This document shows positions 1-9,022 of a stretch of 29,863 nt of DNA, piece after piece. The position numbers and the translations under genes are program-made. Each line of letters starts with the position of its first letter. Position 1 is the stretch's first letter. A model generated the notes under the pieces. That model was not told the DNA's origin. It did not search any database and worked only from the letters and a program-made list of their open reading frames with translations. Source of the stretch: a virus. Taxonomy: Duplodnaviria; Caudoviricetes. The stretch lies in the IMG/VR virus record IMGVR_UViG_3300017778_002038, positions 1 to 29,863 of that record. One strand, written 5' to 3'.

Positions 1-1347
1 ACCGCTGCAGGCACAACAGGTCAAGTGTTAACGGCTACCACAGGAGGTAACCCCACTTGGGCGGCTGCAGCAACTGGAGTTACAAGCATATCATTTGGTA
101 CAACTGGTTTATCACCAAACACAGCAACGACAGGCGCTGTTGTAGTCACAGGTGCGTTAGCTACTACTAATGGGGGAACAGGCGAAAACACCTTTACAGC
201 AGGCGATACGCTGTACTACATCACTGGTAGTGCGTTGTCTAAACTTCCAATCGGTACTGCGTATCAAATCAACGCAGTAAATTCGGCGGGTACTTTGCCG
301 TCATGGCAGGGGCTGTCCTCGCTGATTGACAACGCTCTCACCGCCTCAACCCAAGGTCAAATCCTGTACCGTAACGCTACAACTTGGGTGGCGTTGCCAA
401 CAGGTACAAGCGGGCAAGTGCTCACAACTGGCGGTGCCGCCGCCAACCCCTCGTGGGCCACTGCCGCCGCAGGGCTGACTGGTCTTACATCTGCGCTAAA
501 TGTTGCAGCTCCAAACGCTACCAACAACGTCAGCTCGCTCATAGCCAGCGGCGGTACGGCAATACAGTACATAGCCCTTGTACCAAAAAGCACGGGCGGT
601 ATCACAGGCGCCATACCGGATAGCACCGCCACAGGAGGTAATATTCGCGGCGCTTCATCTGTGGATCTTCAACTACAAAGAACTACAGCAGCACAAGTTG
701 CTTCATCGCAAGGCGCATCACTTCTAGGCGGCGGTAATAACACCGCGAGCGCGCAAGACTCTTCAGTTATCGGCGGTAACACTAATACTGCAGGCGCCAC
801 TAGATCCGCAGTTTTAGGTGGAACAAACAACAGCTTAACAGGAGGCAGCTCTGCAGCTATTGGGGGTAACCAAGGCACTGACCGAGGCGTGCAAGGCACA
901 ATCGTTTACGGCTCAAACGGCTCCACATCAAGCGGCTCTAATCAAAATCGAATGATGGTTTTGATGTGTGAAACTACAAATGCAACTTCAACTAAACTCA
1001 CTGCAGATGGTGCTGCTGCCAGTGCAGCAAACCAACTGGTTTTAGTTGACGCTTTAGCTCTTAGCTTTACAGCAACCGTCATAGGTACGGTTAAAACGTC
1101 AGGCAGTAACTTGAAGGCTTTTACCATTACAGGTGCTATAAAGCGAGGAGCAGGTCTAGGAACTACAGCCCTCGTAGGAACTCCCGCAGTTAACGTAGAT
1201 GCAGCAGATGCAGGTGCTTCTACATGGACAGCATTAGCTACGGCTGACACAACATACGGCGCTTTAGCAATCAGCGTAGTTGGACAAGCATCGACAAACA
1301 TTCGATGGACTTGCACAGTAGTTGTAACTGAAGCGATTGCGGCATAA
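1..1347 (+). CDS. Tail fibre / receptor-binding-like protein 1 (5'-truncated by window edge)
   Basis: Frame 1 is open from base 1. T/G/A/S-rich with repeated GTxGQVLTxxxGxxPxW fibre-type motifs; has the PDSTATGGNIRGASSVDLQ motif and a C-terminal domain shared with the next three ORFs. Confidence 0.75.
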   Translation, partial: TAAGTTGQVLTATTGGNPTWAAAATGVTSISFGTTGLSPNTATTGAVVVTGALATTNGGTGENTFTAGDTLYYITGSALSKLPIGTAYQINAVNSAGTLPSWQGLSSLIDNALTASTQGQILYRNATTWVALPTGTSGQVLTTGGAAANPSWATAAAGLTGLTSALNVAAPNATNNVSSLIASGGTAIQYIALVPKSTGGITGAIPDSTATGGNIRGASSVDLQLQRTTAAQVASSQGASLLGGGNNTASAQDSSVIGGNTNTAGATRSAVLGGTNNSLTGGSSAAIGGNQGTDRGVQGTIVYGSNGSTSSGSNQNRMMVLMCETTNATSTKLTADGAAASAANQLVLVDALALSFTATVIGTVKTSGSNLKAFTITGAIKRGAGLGTTALVGTPAVNVDAADAGASTWTALATADTTYGALAISVVGQASTNIRWTCTVVVTEAIAA

Positions 1348-1348
1348 C

Positions 1349-2488
1349 ATGGCTATCCAATTTGACAACACTAACACAGGAAGCATAACTTTAGCGTCTC
1401 CAGCATCTGGCACCTGGTCGTTGACTTTTCCTCCTGCTTTCGGCACAACAGGTCAGTATTTAACGACAAACGGGGCAGGCGTGCTAGGTTACACCTCTGG
1501 TGGTGCAGCAACTACGATAACAGGTTTTACTTCTGCGCTGAACACATCATCGCCAAATGCCACTGTTAACGTAAGCTCTCTTACACCAACCGCTGTAAGC
1601 ACAGAAGTAGGGTTTGCGATTGTACCTAGAGGGTCTGGAAGTCTTTTAGCTTGCATACCAGACGGAACAACTACTGGAGGCAATGCAAGAGGCACTAAAA
1701 GTGTTGATTTACAGTTTGCAGGGCAAAGATCAGCAGCCACTCAGGTTGTTGGTTCTAACTGCGCAAGGTCTGCTATTTTAGGCGGCTATGGAAATTCGAT
1801 ATCAGGATTTAACACGGAATGTGTGATAGCAGGCGGTTACTTTAACACCATAGATAGTCTTGTCGCTAGTAGTTTTATAGGCGGCGGTTATTCAAATCAG
1901 ATTACAGGCTCGCCTAGTTTTCCTTGCTCAGCAATACTTGGAGGAAGAGATAACTACATTGACACTGCTGAAAAATCTGTACTTATTTTTGGGGGTAGAG
2001 GCGGCACTAACCACGGAAACTCAGGGTTTACAGCGGTGTATAGCGGTAATAATTTTGGCTTATCTACACCGAGAGGACAAACACAGACGAGGTTACAAGT
2101 ATTAAGCGGAAACCCTACATCAGCGACTTATGTAGACCTAGTTCTTACTCCAGCAAGCGCAGCTACAGCTTCATCGGTTAATACTACAAATTTACCTGCA
2201 GGGTACGTTATGCTATGTACTGGTACGGTGACAGGGTTTAAAACAACCACTTTTGGGATAGCAAACTGGAACGTGTCAGCTTTATTTAAAAGAGCAACTG
2301 CAGGTAATATAGTTTTAGTCGGTAACTCTGTAACTGCTAAAGGAACTGCTGGAACAGTAACAAACTTTAATGTCCAATGGGCGGCTAACACAACTACTCA
2401 AACAGGCGTTTTGCAAGCTAGGGCAAACGCTGCTGTGGTGAGGTACAACTGTTTTATGAACACTTTAGACTTAAAGGCTACGTTTTAA
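1349..2488 (+). CDS. Tail fibre / receptor-binding-like protein 2
   Basis: Start reassigned to ATG 1349 (MAIQFDNTNTGSITL), 1 nt after the upstream TAA and matching the paralog N-termini. Contains GTTGQYLTTNGAGVL, PDGTTTGGNARG and GGYxNxI repeats. Confidence 0.75.
   Translation: MAIQFDNTNTGSITLASPASGTWSLTFPPAFGTTGQYLTTNGAGVLGYTSGGAATTITGFTSALNTSSPNATVNVSSLTPTAVSTEVGFAIVPRGSGSLLACIPDGTTTGGNARGTKSVDLQFAGQRSAATQVVGSNCARSAILGGYGNSISGFNTECVIAGGYFNTIDSLVASSFIGGGYSNQITGSPSFPCSAILGGRDNYIDTAEKSVLIFGGRGGTNHGNSGFTAVYSGNNFGLSTPRGQTQTRLQVLSGNPTSATYVDLVLTPASAATASSVNTTNLPAGYVMLCTGTVTGFKTTTFGIANWNVSALFKRATAGNIVLVGNSVTAKGTAGTVTNFNVQWAANTTTQTGVLQARANAAVVRYNCFMNTLDLKATF
1658..1692 (+). repeat. 35-bp direct repeat, copy 1 (copy 2 at 3934-3968)
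   Basis: ccagaYggaacaactactggaggcaatgcaagagg, 34/35 identical between fibre genes 2 and 4. Confidence 0.9.
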
Positions 2489-2489
2489 A

Positions 2490-3626
2490 ATGGCTATACA
2501 GTTTGACAACAGCAATAATTTTAGCGTTACTTTAGCAGCCCCCAGCACTGGAGGTTCGACGTTAACTTTTCCAACATCAGACGGTACCATTGGTCAAACG
2601 CTTATAACAAGCGCTGCAGGTGTTTTAAGCTGGGGAGCTATTCCTGCAGCTGCCACTAGCGGATTAACTGGCACAATTAACACAACAGGAACAAACGCAA
2701 CAATTCACATAGACGCTCTGACCGTAAGCGCTACAGGTGCTAGCACAGACCAGCACATTGCTTTAATTCCTGGAGGCGCTGGAAATATATATGGCTACAT
2801 ACCTGCAACAGCAAAAGGTACAGGCTCATTTAATTTAAAACTTGACGACATTGTCGTCGGGAACTCTACTATAAGTGGCAATAATTCTGTTTTTATCGGT
2901 GGAGGCACAAACTTTTCAGTAGCAGAAACCAAAGGGCACACCGCGATTACTAGCTTTTACACGTCTTACGGGCAAAACTACAATGTAGGGCTATTGGTCG
3001 GAAACCGAGGTATTACTATACCTAGCTACATAGGGGTAAATGCTCCGTCTAATGATGATGGGTATAACGTAGGGGCTGTACTTCTTGCAAGCTCAGGCGC
3101 TGTTCGACTTAATGGCACAGGTCAAACAGCAATAGCGGGAGAACATACTAGAACTGCTTTTGACTATGAGCACGCTATTGGAGGTTATGGTTACGACGCC
3201 CCTAGTTACTTAGGGAACCCAACTCGGTACTCGTTTGTACATCTTGTAGGCCAAACTACAAATGCAACGCCTACAGGTTTGTATGCAAAAGAGAATACTA
3301 GTTTAGGTCTTAGTTTGGTGGCAGACACGGCACAAACTCAAGCAGCCTATCAATTTTGGGGAACAGTTGTTTGCGCTTCTAGCAGCACGTCAGGGTCAGC
3401 CAAGGCTTGGGAGTTTTCAGGGTGCGCAAAAGGGTTTAGTGCGGCATCTTATGCATTTGTTGGAACACCAACTGTAACGGCTTTACACGGAGACACTGCA
3501 ATATCCGCATATGCCGTGGCTATCACAATAACCAGCGGGGTTATATCAGTAACAGTGACAGGTGGGGCTTCTGATACAGTAAACTGGAATTGTCAGTTTA
3601 ACTTTATAAAAGTAGGGGCAAAGTAA
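2490..3626 (+). CDS. Tail fibre / receptor-binding-like protein 3
   Basis: MAIQFDNSNNFSVTL N-terminus, GTIGQTLITSAAGVLSW motif, C-terminal domain (TTNAT...KAW.F.G...VNW.C) paralogous to its neighbours. Confidence 0.75.
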   Translation: MAIQFDNSNNFSVTLAAPSTGGSTLTFPTSDGTIGQTLITSAAGVLSWGAIPAAATSGLTGTINTTGTNATIHIDALTVSATGASTDQHIALIPGGAGNIYGYIPATAKGTGSFNLKLDDIVVGNSTISGNNSVFIGGGTNFSVAETKGHTAITSFYTSYGQNYNVGLLVGNRGITIPSYIGVNAPSNDDGYNVGAVLLASSGAVRLNGTGQTAIAGEHTRTAFDYEHAIGGYGYDAPSYLGNPTRYSFVHLVGQTTNATPTGLYAKENTSLGLSLVADTAQTQAAYQFWGTVVCASSSTSGSAKAWEFSGCAKGFSAASYAFVGTPTVTALHGDTAISAYAVAITITSGVISVTVTGGASDTVNWNCQFNFIKVGAK

Positions 3627-3627
3627 A

Positions 3628-4794
3628 ATGGCAATAAACTTAGATAGTACAGGTTTAGGGACGTTTTCATTAAAGCCTCCGGCTTCTGCCGGAAACTACA
3701 CACTTACACTTCCTAGCTTTGCATCGATTAGCGGTGCGGCGCTGTCTACAGGACCAACAGGTGGCTTAAATTTTAATACACTCGGAACAGGTGCTTTTTC
3801 AACTGGGATAGCAAACACAGGCACAAATGCTACAAATTATGTAACAGCTATATATGCTGTAAGTGGTACAGTTAATCAAGATTTTGCCATAGCTAGAAGA
3901 ACCGGCAACGCGCCTTTTCTTATGGTGCAGGTTCCAGATGGAACAACTACTGGAGGCAATGCAAGAGGAACAAACAGTATAGATTTTCAAACTACAAGAA
4001 CTGCCGCATCACAAGTAGCAGCTGGAAATTATTCTGGTTTAATAGGGACTTCTACTTCTAGTGTTGGTAGCTCTAGGTCTGTTGTTTTGGCTGGTTCTGG
4101 TATGATTGTTAACGGAAGCAGCGGTAACGACCCTTCGCTATGGGTAGGTTGTAGGTCGATGTCAGGCGACAGTAGCACTAGTGGGTTTAAAGCATATATA
4201 GCGTGCTTTAGCCCAACTACTGACTCTTTTCAAACAAACCACGGCGCATACAATATTGTCGGTCCTGGCCAAACACTTTCAGGAACCTCAGCGTATTGTC
4301 ACCTTATGGGTAATGAAGGACCGACAGGAGGCGCAGCTAATGGGCTCATAGGTAAACGTCAAGTGCTATGGGCGCGTTCAACCACAAACACCGCCGTCCC
4401 TATGACAACAAATGGTGCAGCTGCAGGATCAGTGCCAGGAACTTCTAACATAGTGGTTTTTTATAGTTCTGACTATGATAGCATGTATGTACGGTTGCGT
4501 ATCATCGCGACTGTGGAACAAGCAGGGTCCAGTACGATAGGCGATACGGCGGCTTGGCTTTTAGAGTTTTACAGTTACAGACTAGTAGGCGTAGCGTCTG
4601 TAGTCACCACCGCAGTAACCAACACTCAATTGTACGGGGATGCAGGAACAACTGGCTGGTCAGTTGCTGTATCCGCTAACACAACACTTGGTAACAACGG
4701 CGGACCACTAATAACTTGTACGGGTCAACTTACAACTACCATACGCTGGCTTGGCTATATTGAAGTTGTAGAAATGAACGCCGTAAACATATAA
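3628..4794 (+). CDS. Tail fibre / receptor-binding-like protein 4
   Basis: MAINLDSTGLGTFSL N-terminus, PDGTTTGGNARGTNSIDFQ motif, shared C-terminal domain (TTNT...AAW...TIRW). Confidence 0.75.
   Translation: MAINLDSTGLGTFSLKPPASAGNYTLTLPSFASISGAALSTGPTGGLNFNTLGTGAFSTGIANTGTNATNYVTAIYAVSGTVNQDFAIARRTGNAPFLMVQVPDGTTTGGNARGTNSIDFQTTRTAASQVAAGNYSGLIGTSTSSVGSSRSVVLAGSGMIVNGSSGNDPSLWVGCRSMSGDSSTSGFKAYIACFSPTTDSFQTNHGAYNIVGPGQTLSGTSAYCHLMGNEGPTGGAANGLIGKRQVLWARSTTNTAVPMTTNGAAAGSVPGTSNIVVFYSSDYDSMYVRLRIIATVEQAGSSTIGDTAAWLLEFYSYRLVGVASVVTTAVTNTQLYGDAGTTGWSVAVSANTTLGNNGGPLITCTGQLTTTIRWLGYIEVVEMNAVNI
3934..3968 (+). repeat. 35-bp direct repeat, copy 2
   Basis: Matches 1658-1692 except for one C/T. Confidence 0.9.
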
Positions 4795-4823
4795 AATAAA
4801 GTTTTTTCAACCACCAAAGGAGT

Positions 4824-5027
4824 ATGTCTATGAACCCCAACTCGGTAACCCTTACTTTAGATCTTGCAAACCAGTTGCTAGGTTATTTAGGTAAAAGACC
4901 GTATGAGGAAGTTTTTGGTTTAATCGCTGAATTCCAAAGACAGCATAAAGAAGCAATGGATTTAAGTAAGGTCGATTTTCCTACTCGAGAAAAGCTAAAG
5001 GCTGAGGAAGTTGATGGAACAACTTAA
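4824..5027 (+). CDS. Small helical phage protein (possible fibre chaperone)
   Basis: 67-aa ORF with AAAGGAG SD immediately upstream, directly after the fibre genes; function inferred from position only. Confidence 0.6.
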   Translation: MSMNPNSVTLTLDLANQLLGYLGKRPYEEVFGLIAEFQRQHKEAMDLSKVDFPTREKLKAEEVDGTT

Positions 5028-5042
5028 AAAAGAAAACTTAAA

Positions 5043-5336
5043 ATGCCAAATTTAACTGAATGGTCTATAGTAGACATGGTTCACAACACTTCTGATGGCT
5101 TTGTAACGACAGTGCATTACAACATCACAAAAGTAGATGGTGAAATCTCTGCATACGCCTACGGCACTGTTGACTTTGAAGTTGGTACGCCCACAACCCC
5201 TTACGAATCTTTGACCAAGACTCAAGTGGTTGGGTGGGTTAAAGACAAGCTAGGTGAGGAAGTAATCGAGGCTTCACTGACTTCTCAGATTACCGCACAG
5301 AAGAATCCAGTAACAAGATCAGGAGTGCCTTGGTAA
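5043..5336 (+). CDS. Conserved phage tail-fibre-associated protein
   Basis: 97 aa, W.I..M.....DGFV..VHY ... PY..LT..QV.GWV ... GVPW pattern resembling small proteins found next to fibre genes in aquatic phages. Confidence 0.65.
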   Translation: MPNLTEWSIVDMVHNTSDGFVTTVHYNITKVDGEISAYAYGTVDFEVGTPTTPYESLTKTQVVGWVKDKLGEEVIEASLTSQITAQKNPVTRSGVPW

Positions 5337-5379
5337 TGAACAAAATCAAAACCACTTCTGAGTCGCCTGCGGAGTAATC

Positions 5380-6045
5380 ATTGACCCGCTTAGCATCCTG
5401 TTTGCCGCTAATGCTTGCGTTGCAGCGATCAAACAAGGATGCAAGCTATACAAAGACGCTAAGACGTCTTTCATGGAGATCAAAAAGACTGTTGATGAGG
5501 TCGTTTCAGATGCAAAACAAGTCAGAAGCTTTTGGCAAAAGTTGTTTGGTGCAGCACCAGATGCGCCAAAGTCAGTGTCTAAAAAGAAAGAAACTTATGT
5601 TGCAGTTGATGAAACTCAAGTCATGTCGGACATCGTTACTCAACTGTCTCAGTTTTTTAAGCTACAAGAACAGCTTGCTGAACACATAAGAGAAGCGGAA
5701 GAAAAGAGCAAAACAGTCTACGACCCTGATGCTAACCTGATGGAAGCCGCCTTAAAACGGGTTATGGCTCAAGACCAGATGGCATTGTTGGAGACGGAGA
5801 TAAGGGAAGCAATGGTGTACGGCGCCCCTAAAGAGATGGGGGCTTTGTATAGCAAAGTGTTTGATATGCGGGATGTCATCAAGGTAGAGCAGGACAAAGC
5901 AAGGAAGAAGCGGGATGATGAATCATGGCAACGCAAAGAGGGGGAACGTCTTCTAAAGGAAAGGCAGGCATATCTGCTGGCGACTATCCTATTCCTCCTA
6001 TATATGTGGTTGCTCCTCGGCCTCTTGTACAGGATTGGGAACTAG
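5380..6045 (+). CDS. Coiled-coil protein with C-terminal transmembrane helix (lysis-cassette associated); probable ATT start
   Basis: The ORF track calls 5473-6045, but the frame is open back to TGA 5359-5361. GGAG at 5371-5374 precedes ATT GAC CCG (x-DPLSILFAANACVAAIKQG). C-terminal LLATILFLLYMWLLLGLL is hydrophobic. Confidence 0.65.
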   Translation: MDPLSILFAANACVAAIKQGCKLYKDAKTSFMEIKKTVDEVVSDAKQVRSFWQKLFGAAPDAPKSVSKKKETYVAVDETQVMSDIVTQLSQFFKLQEQLAEHIREAEEKSKTVYDPDANLMEAALKRVMAQDQMALLETEIREAMVYGAPKEMGALYSKVFDMRDVIKVEQDKARKKRDDESWQRKEGERLLKERQAYLLATILFLLYMWLLLGLLYRIGN

Positions 6046-6047
6046 TT

Positions 6048-6233
6048 GTGGGATGGATAGCGGCTTGTGTTCTTGTAGTATTGTTGCTACCGCTTCTTGG
6101 TATGCTGTATTTGGACATACTGGAAGCCAAGCAAGAAACTAAACGTCAGCAAGAGCAAGTGCAAAGATTAATTAACAAACAGAAAGCGAATGATGGACAG
6201 TCTACTAAATCTACTGAAAAGCGTAGCCCCTAG
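6048..6233 (+). CDS. Small N-terminally anchored membrane protein (spanin/holin-accessory-like)
   Basis: GTG at 6048, just after the upstream TAG. TM helix WIAACVLVVLLLPLLGMLYL followed by a charged coiled coil. Confidence 0.5.
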   Translation: MGWIAACVLVVLLLPLLGMLYLDILEAKQETKRQQEQVQRLINKQKANDGQSTKSTEKRSP

Positions 6234-6690
6234 TCTTGCAACTGTTGTTGCCGGTCCATTAGGCGGCATGGCAGTCAAAGCCATGGCTGACAAATTTGGC
6301 GTGGCTGACAGTGTTGACGCAGTTGCAAAAGCCATAGCTGGCGACCCGTCGGCGGCGGCAAAACTTCAAGAGTTAGAAATTGAATACGCAAAGTTGGACG
6401 CAGCTAACACTGCCAATGCGCGAGATATGAACAGCAAGATTCAAGAGTCAACTAACGCAGCTTGGATCGCGAAGAACGCTGCTTATTTGCTTGACTTCGC
6501 CATTGTGGGCGCCACAATTTTTATGACTTGGATTGTGTTTTTTAAAGGCGTACCTACCGAAAACAAAGAAATCGCATACATGGCTATCGGCTCACTGATC
6601 ACTATGTGTGGCACTGTTCTTAACTTTCACCGCGGCTCTTCTGCTGGAAGCAAGTCTAAAACTGAAGAAATGATAAAGGCTATTAAATGA
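6190..6690 (+). CDS. Putative holin
   Basis: VAPSLATVVAGPLGGMAV N-terminus, AR.M motif, two C-terminal TM helices ending NFHRGSSAGSKSK; ATGA overlap with the endolysin. Confidence 0.7.
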   Translation: MMDSLLNLLKSVAPSLATVVAGPLGGMAVKAMADKFGVADSVDAVAKAIAGDPSAAAKLQELEIEYAKLDAANTANARDMNSKIQESTNAAWIAKNAAYLLDFAIVGATIFMTWIVFFKGVPTENKEIAYMAIGSLITMCGTVLNFHRGSSAGSKSKTEEMIKAIK

Positions 6691-7115
6691 AACTATCTGA
6701 GCACTTCACGCTTGAAGAACTTACACATACAGACCACCGTAACTTGGAGAACGAACCAAATGAAACTGAACTTGCAAACCTTAAAAGACTGGCTGAATTC
6801 CTTGAAACAGTCAAGACTGTTCTTGACGGTCGGCCGATCATGGTTAACTCTGCTTTTCGTAGTCAAGCAGTCAATACAGCTGTTGGGTCGAAAGAAACCA
6901 GCCAGCACCGAAAAGGCTGTGCCGCAGACATCAGAGTCCCAGGACTGACACCTGATCAAGTGGTTAGAGCCATCATCGAAGCCAACTTGCCATACGACCA
7001 AGTAATTCGTGAATTTGATCGATGGACTCATGTATCGATCCCAAACACCGAAGAAGCTGAACCTCGCGAAATGGCTTTGATTATTGACAAAACTGGTACA
7101 AGATCATTCGCATAG
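6687..7115 (+). CDS. Endolysin, peptidase M15A (Zn D-Ala-D-Ala peptidase fold)
   Basis: LSEHFTLEEL start, SAFRS..VN.AVG, SQHxxGxAAD (His/Asp Zn ligands) and WTHVS (third His ligand). Confidence 0.9.
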   Translation: MKLSEHFTLEELTHTDHRNLENEPNETELANLKRLAEFLETVKTVLDGRPIMVNSAFRSQAVNTAVGSKETSQHRKGCAADIRVPGLTPDQVVRAIIEANLPYDQVIREFDRWTHVSIPNTEEAEPREMALIIDKTGTRSFA

Positions 7116-7157
7116 CCTATAATGAAAGCATGACTAGACACTAAGGAGCCATTGGCG

Positions 7158-7793
7158 ATGACCGCAGCATCAGTGATGACGTACACTAGTCTAGTCGAGA
7201 ATATTCAGTCATATCTTGAGCGGACTGATACTGCCACGATAGACAAGATTCCCTTGTTTATCATGTTGGCTGAGCAAGTAATTGCCAGCCAAATTAAGTT
7301 TTTAGGCAACCTTACTGTTAACACTAGCAACATGATTGCAGGCACAAATGTAATTCAAAAGCCTGCAAGGTGGCACAAAACAGTGTCTTTCAACATCACT
7401 GTCAACGGTGAACGAAATCCGGTGTTGCTTAGAAAATATGAGTACATTCGAAACTATTGGCCTGACCCTGCATTGACAGGAACGCCTTTGTATTTTTGCG
7501 ACTATGACTATACAAACTGGCTTGTTGGTCCTACACCAGATGCGGCATACGCATTTGAAGTTTTGTACTATGACAGATCGCAGCCACTCGACTCTAGCAA
7601 TCAAACGAATTGGTTCACAATTTATGCGCCACAAGCGTTATTGTACGGGTCTTTGTTGCAAGCAATGCCGTTCTTAAAGAACGATCAGCGACTTGCATTT
7701 TTTCAACAACAGTACGATCTCATTATTGCAACGCTTACCACTGAAGATAAGCTTCGCATTGCTGATCGTCAAGCCATAGCGGTGGATTCATGA
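7158..7793 (+). CDS. Putative head-tail adaptor / tail tubular protein
   Basis: AAGGAG SD at 7143-7148 fits ATG 7158. Has TY.SL..NIQSYLER, IP.FI.LAE, GTP.Y, PTPD.AY, TNW and P..LLYGSL motifs typical of podophage adaptor proteins. Confidence 0.7.
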   Translation: MTAASVMTYTSLVENIQSYLERTDTATIDKIPLFIMLAEQVIASQIKFLGNLTVNTSNMIAGTNVIQKPARWHKTVSFNITVNGERNPVLLRKYEYIRNYWPDPALTGTPLYFCDYDYTNWLVGPTPDAAYAFEVLYYDRSQPLDSSNQTNWFTIYAPQALLYGSLLQAMPFLKNDQRLAFFQQQYDLIIATLTTEDKLRIADRQAIAVDS

Positions 7794-9022
7794 GTTACGT
7801 TTCTCCTTTTACTGGCGATGTTATTCAGCCAACAGATGTTTCGTTTAGAGCTGTTACGCTTTCGGCTGATGTTCAACTTGAATGGCCTATTAACGGAACT
7901 ACAACAGATGACTATGTTGCTCGAATCTTGCAGGTTACTGCTACATCGCCAAGTTTGGCTATGTGGATGCCGCCTGCTAATCAGACTTCAGTAGGCAATG
8001 ACGTACTTATTCGAAACGTAGGCGCCAACTCATTCACTGTTAAAGACTATGCAGGTACAAACACAATCATTACGATTGCTGCAGGTGAAGCAAAATACAT
8101 CTACATAACCGCCAATCCCACGACAACAGGTACATGGGGCATCATTGCATTTGGTGTAGGCTCATCTACTGCCGACGCTACAACATTGGCAGGCTATGGG
8201 TTGTTGGCAATCACAACAACACTAAATCAAAGCCATCCGGTCAGCACATTTAGCTCGCCATATACAGCAATTGCTTCTGATCGTTCACAAATGTATGCAT
8301 GGACAGGCGGCGCAGGCACGCTTACTTTAACTGCAGCATCAACGCTTGGCAATAACTGGTTTATGTTTTTGCGAAATGCAGGAACAGGCACGCTAACTGT
8401 TGCAGGATCAGGTGGAAATACGATCAATGGTTCATCTACCATTGCATTTCAGCCTAATGATTCAGCAATCATAGTTTGTACAGGCACAACGTTTTATACC
8501 GTTGGCTTAGGCAAGTCTACACAGTTTGCATTCACACAACTTACAAAAGCAGTTGTCACAGGCACGTACACACTGACTGCTGCTGAAGCGTCTAACGTTA
8601 TTCAAAAATACACCGGCGCTCTTACAGGCAACGTTATCATTACTGTGCCTGCAACGGTTCAAGTGTACTACATTGTGAATGCCACAACAGGCGCTTACAC
8701 AGTCACTATTACTACAGGTGGTGGTGGTACAACAGCTGTACTTACAACAGCTACGCAAGCAACGCTGGTTTGTGATTCAGTTAACTTGTTTAATGCCAAC
8801 ACGATTCTTGCCGGTTCAAGTACGATTTCATTGCAAGACGGTCTCGTGTCTGCACCATCATTGTCGTTTGCATCTGAAGCAAACACCGGTCTTTATCGAG
8901 CAGCTGCAGGACAGTTTAATACGGCAGTTCTTGGTGTTTTGGTCTCTACAGTAAGCGCTTCAGGCTTAACAATTGCAGGCACGGGGACTTTTACAGGCGG
9001 CGTCTCTGGAGGCGCATTCTAA
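7790..9022 (+). CDS. Virion structural protein (tail/fibre-like)
   Basis: 410 aa, Thr-rich beta-type repeats, DG..SAPSLSFASE.NTGLYR motif common in fibre proteins; translationally coupled on both sides. Confidence 0.65.
   Translation: MSYVSPFTGDVIQPTDVSFRAVTLSADVQLEWPINGTTTDDYVARILQVTATSPSLAMWMPPANQTSVGNDVLIRNVGANSFTVKDYAGTNTIITIAAGEAKYIYITANPTTTGTWGIIAFGVGSSTADATTLAGYGLLAITTTLNQSHPVSTFSSPYTAIASDRSQMYAWTGGAGTLTLTAASTLGNNWFMFLRNAGTGTLTVAGSGGNTINGSSTIAFQPNDSAIIVCTGTTFYTVGLGKSTQFAFTQLTKAVVTGTYTLTAAEASNVIQKYTGALTGNVIITVPATVQVYYIVNATTGAYTVTITTGGGGTTAVLTTATQATLVCDSVNLFNANTILAGSSTISLQDGLVSAPSLSFASEANTGLYRAAAGQFNTAVLGVLVSTVSASGLTIAGTGTFTGGVSGGAF

Noticed and set aside
1-4794. Diversity-generating retroelement or invertible shufflon acting on the fibre genes
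   Set aside because: No reverse transcriptase or recombinase in the window, no template/variable repeat pair with adenine-specific mismatches, and all genes are co-oriented with their own starts.
5381-5689. 102-aa TTG-start ORF
   Set aside because: It overlaps the better-supported 5380-6045 frame and has no recognisable features.
7084-7123. Sigma70 promoter from TTGACA (7084-7089) and TATAAT (7118-7123)
   Set aside because: The spacing is 28 nt; the TATAAT alone may be a -10 but is not supported enough to call.
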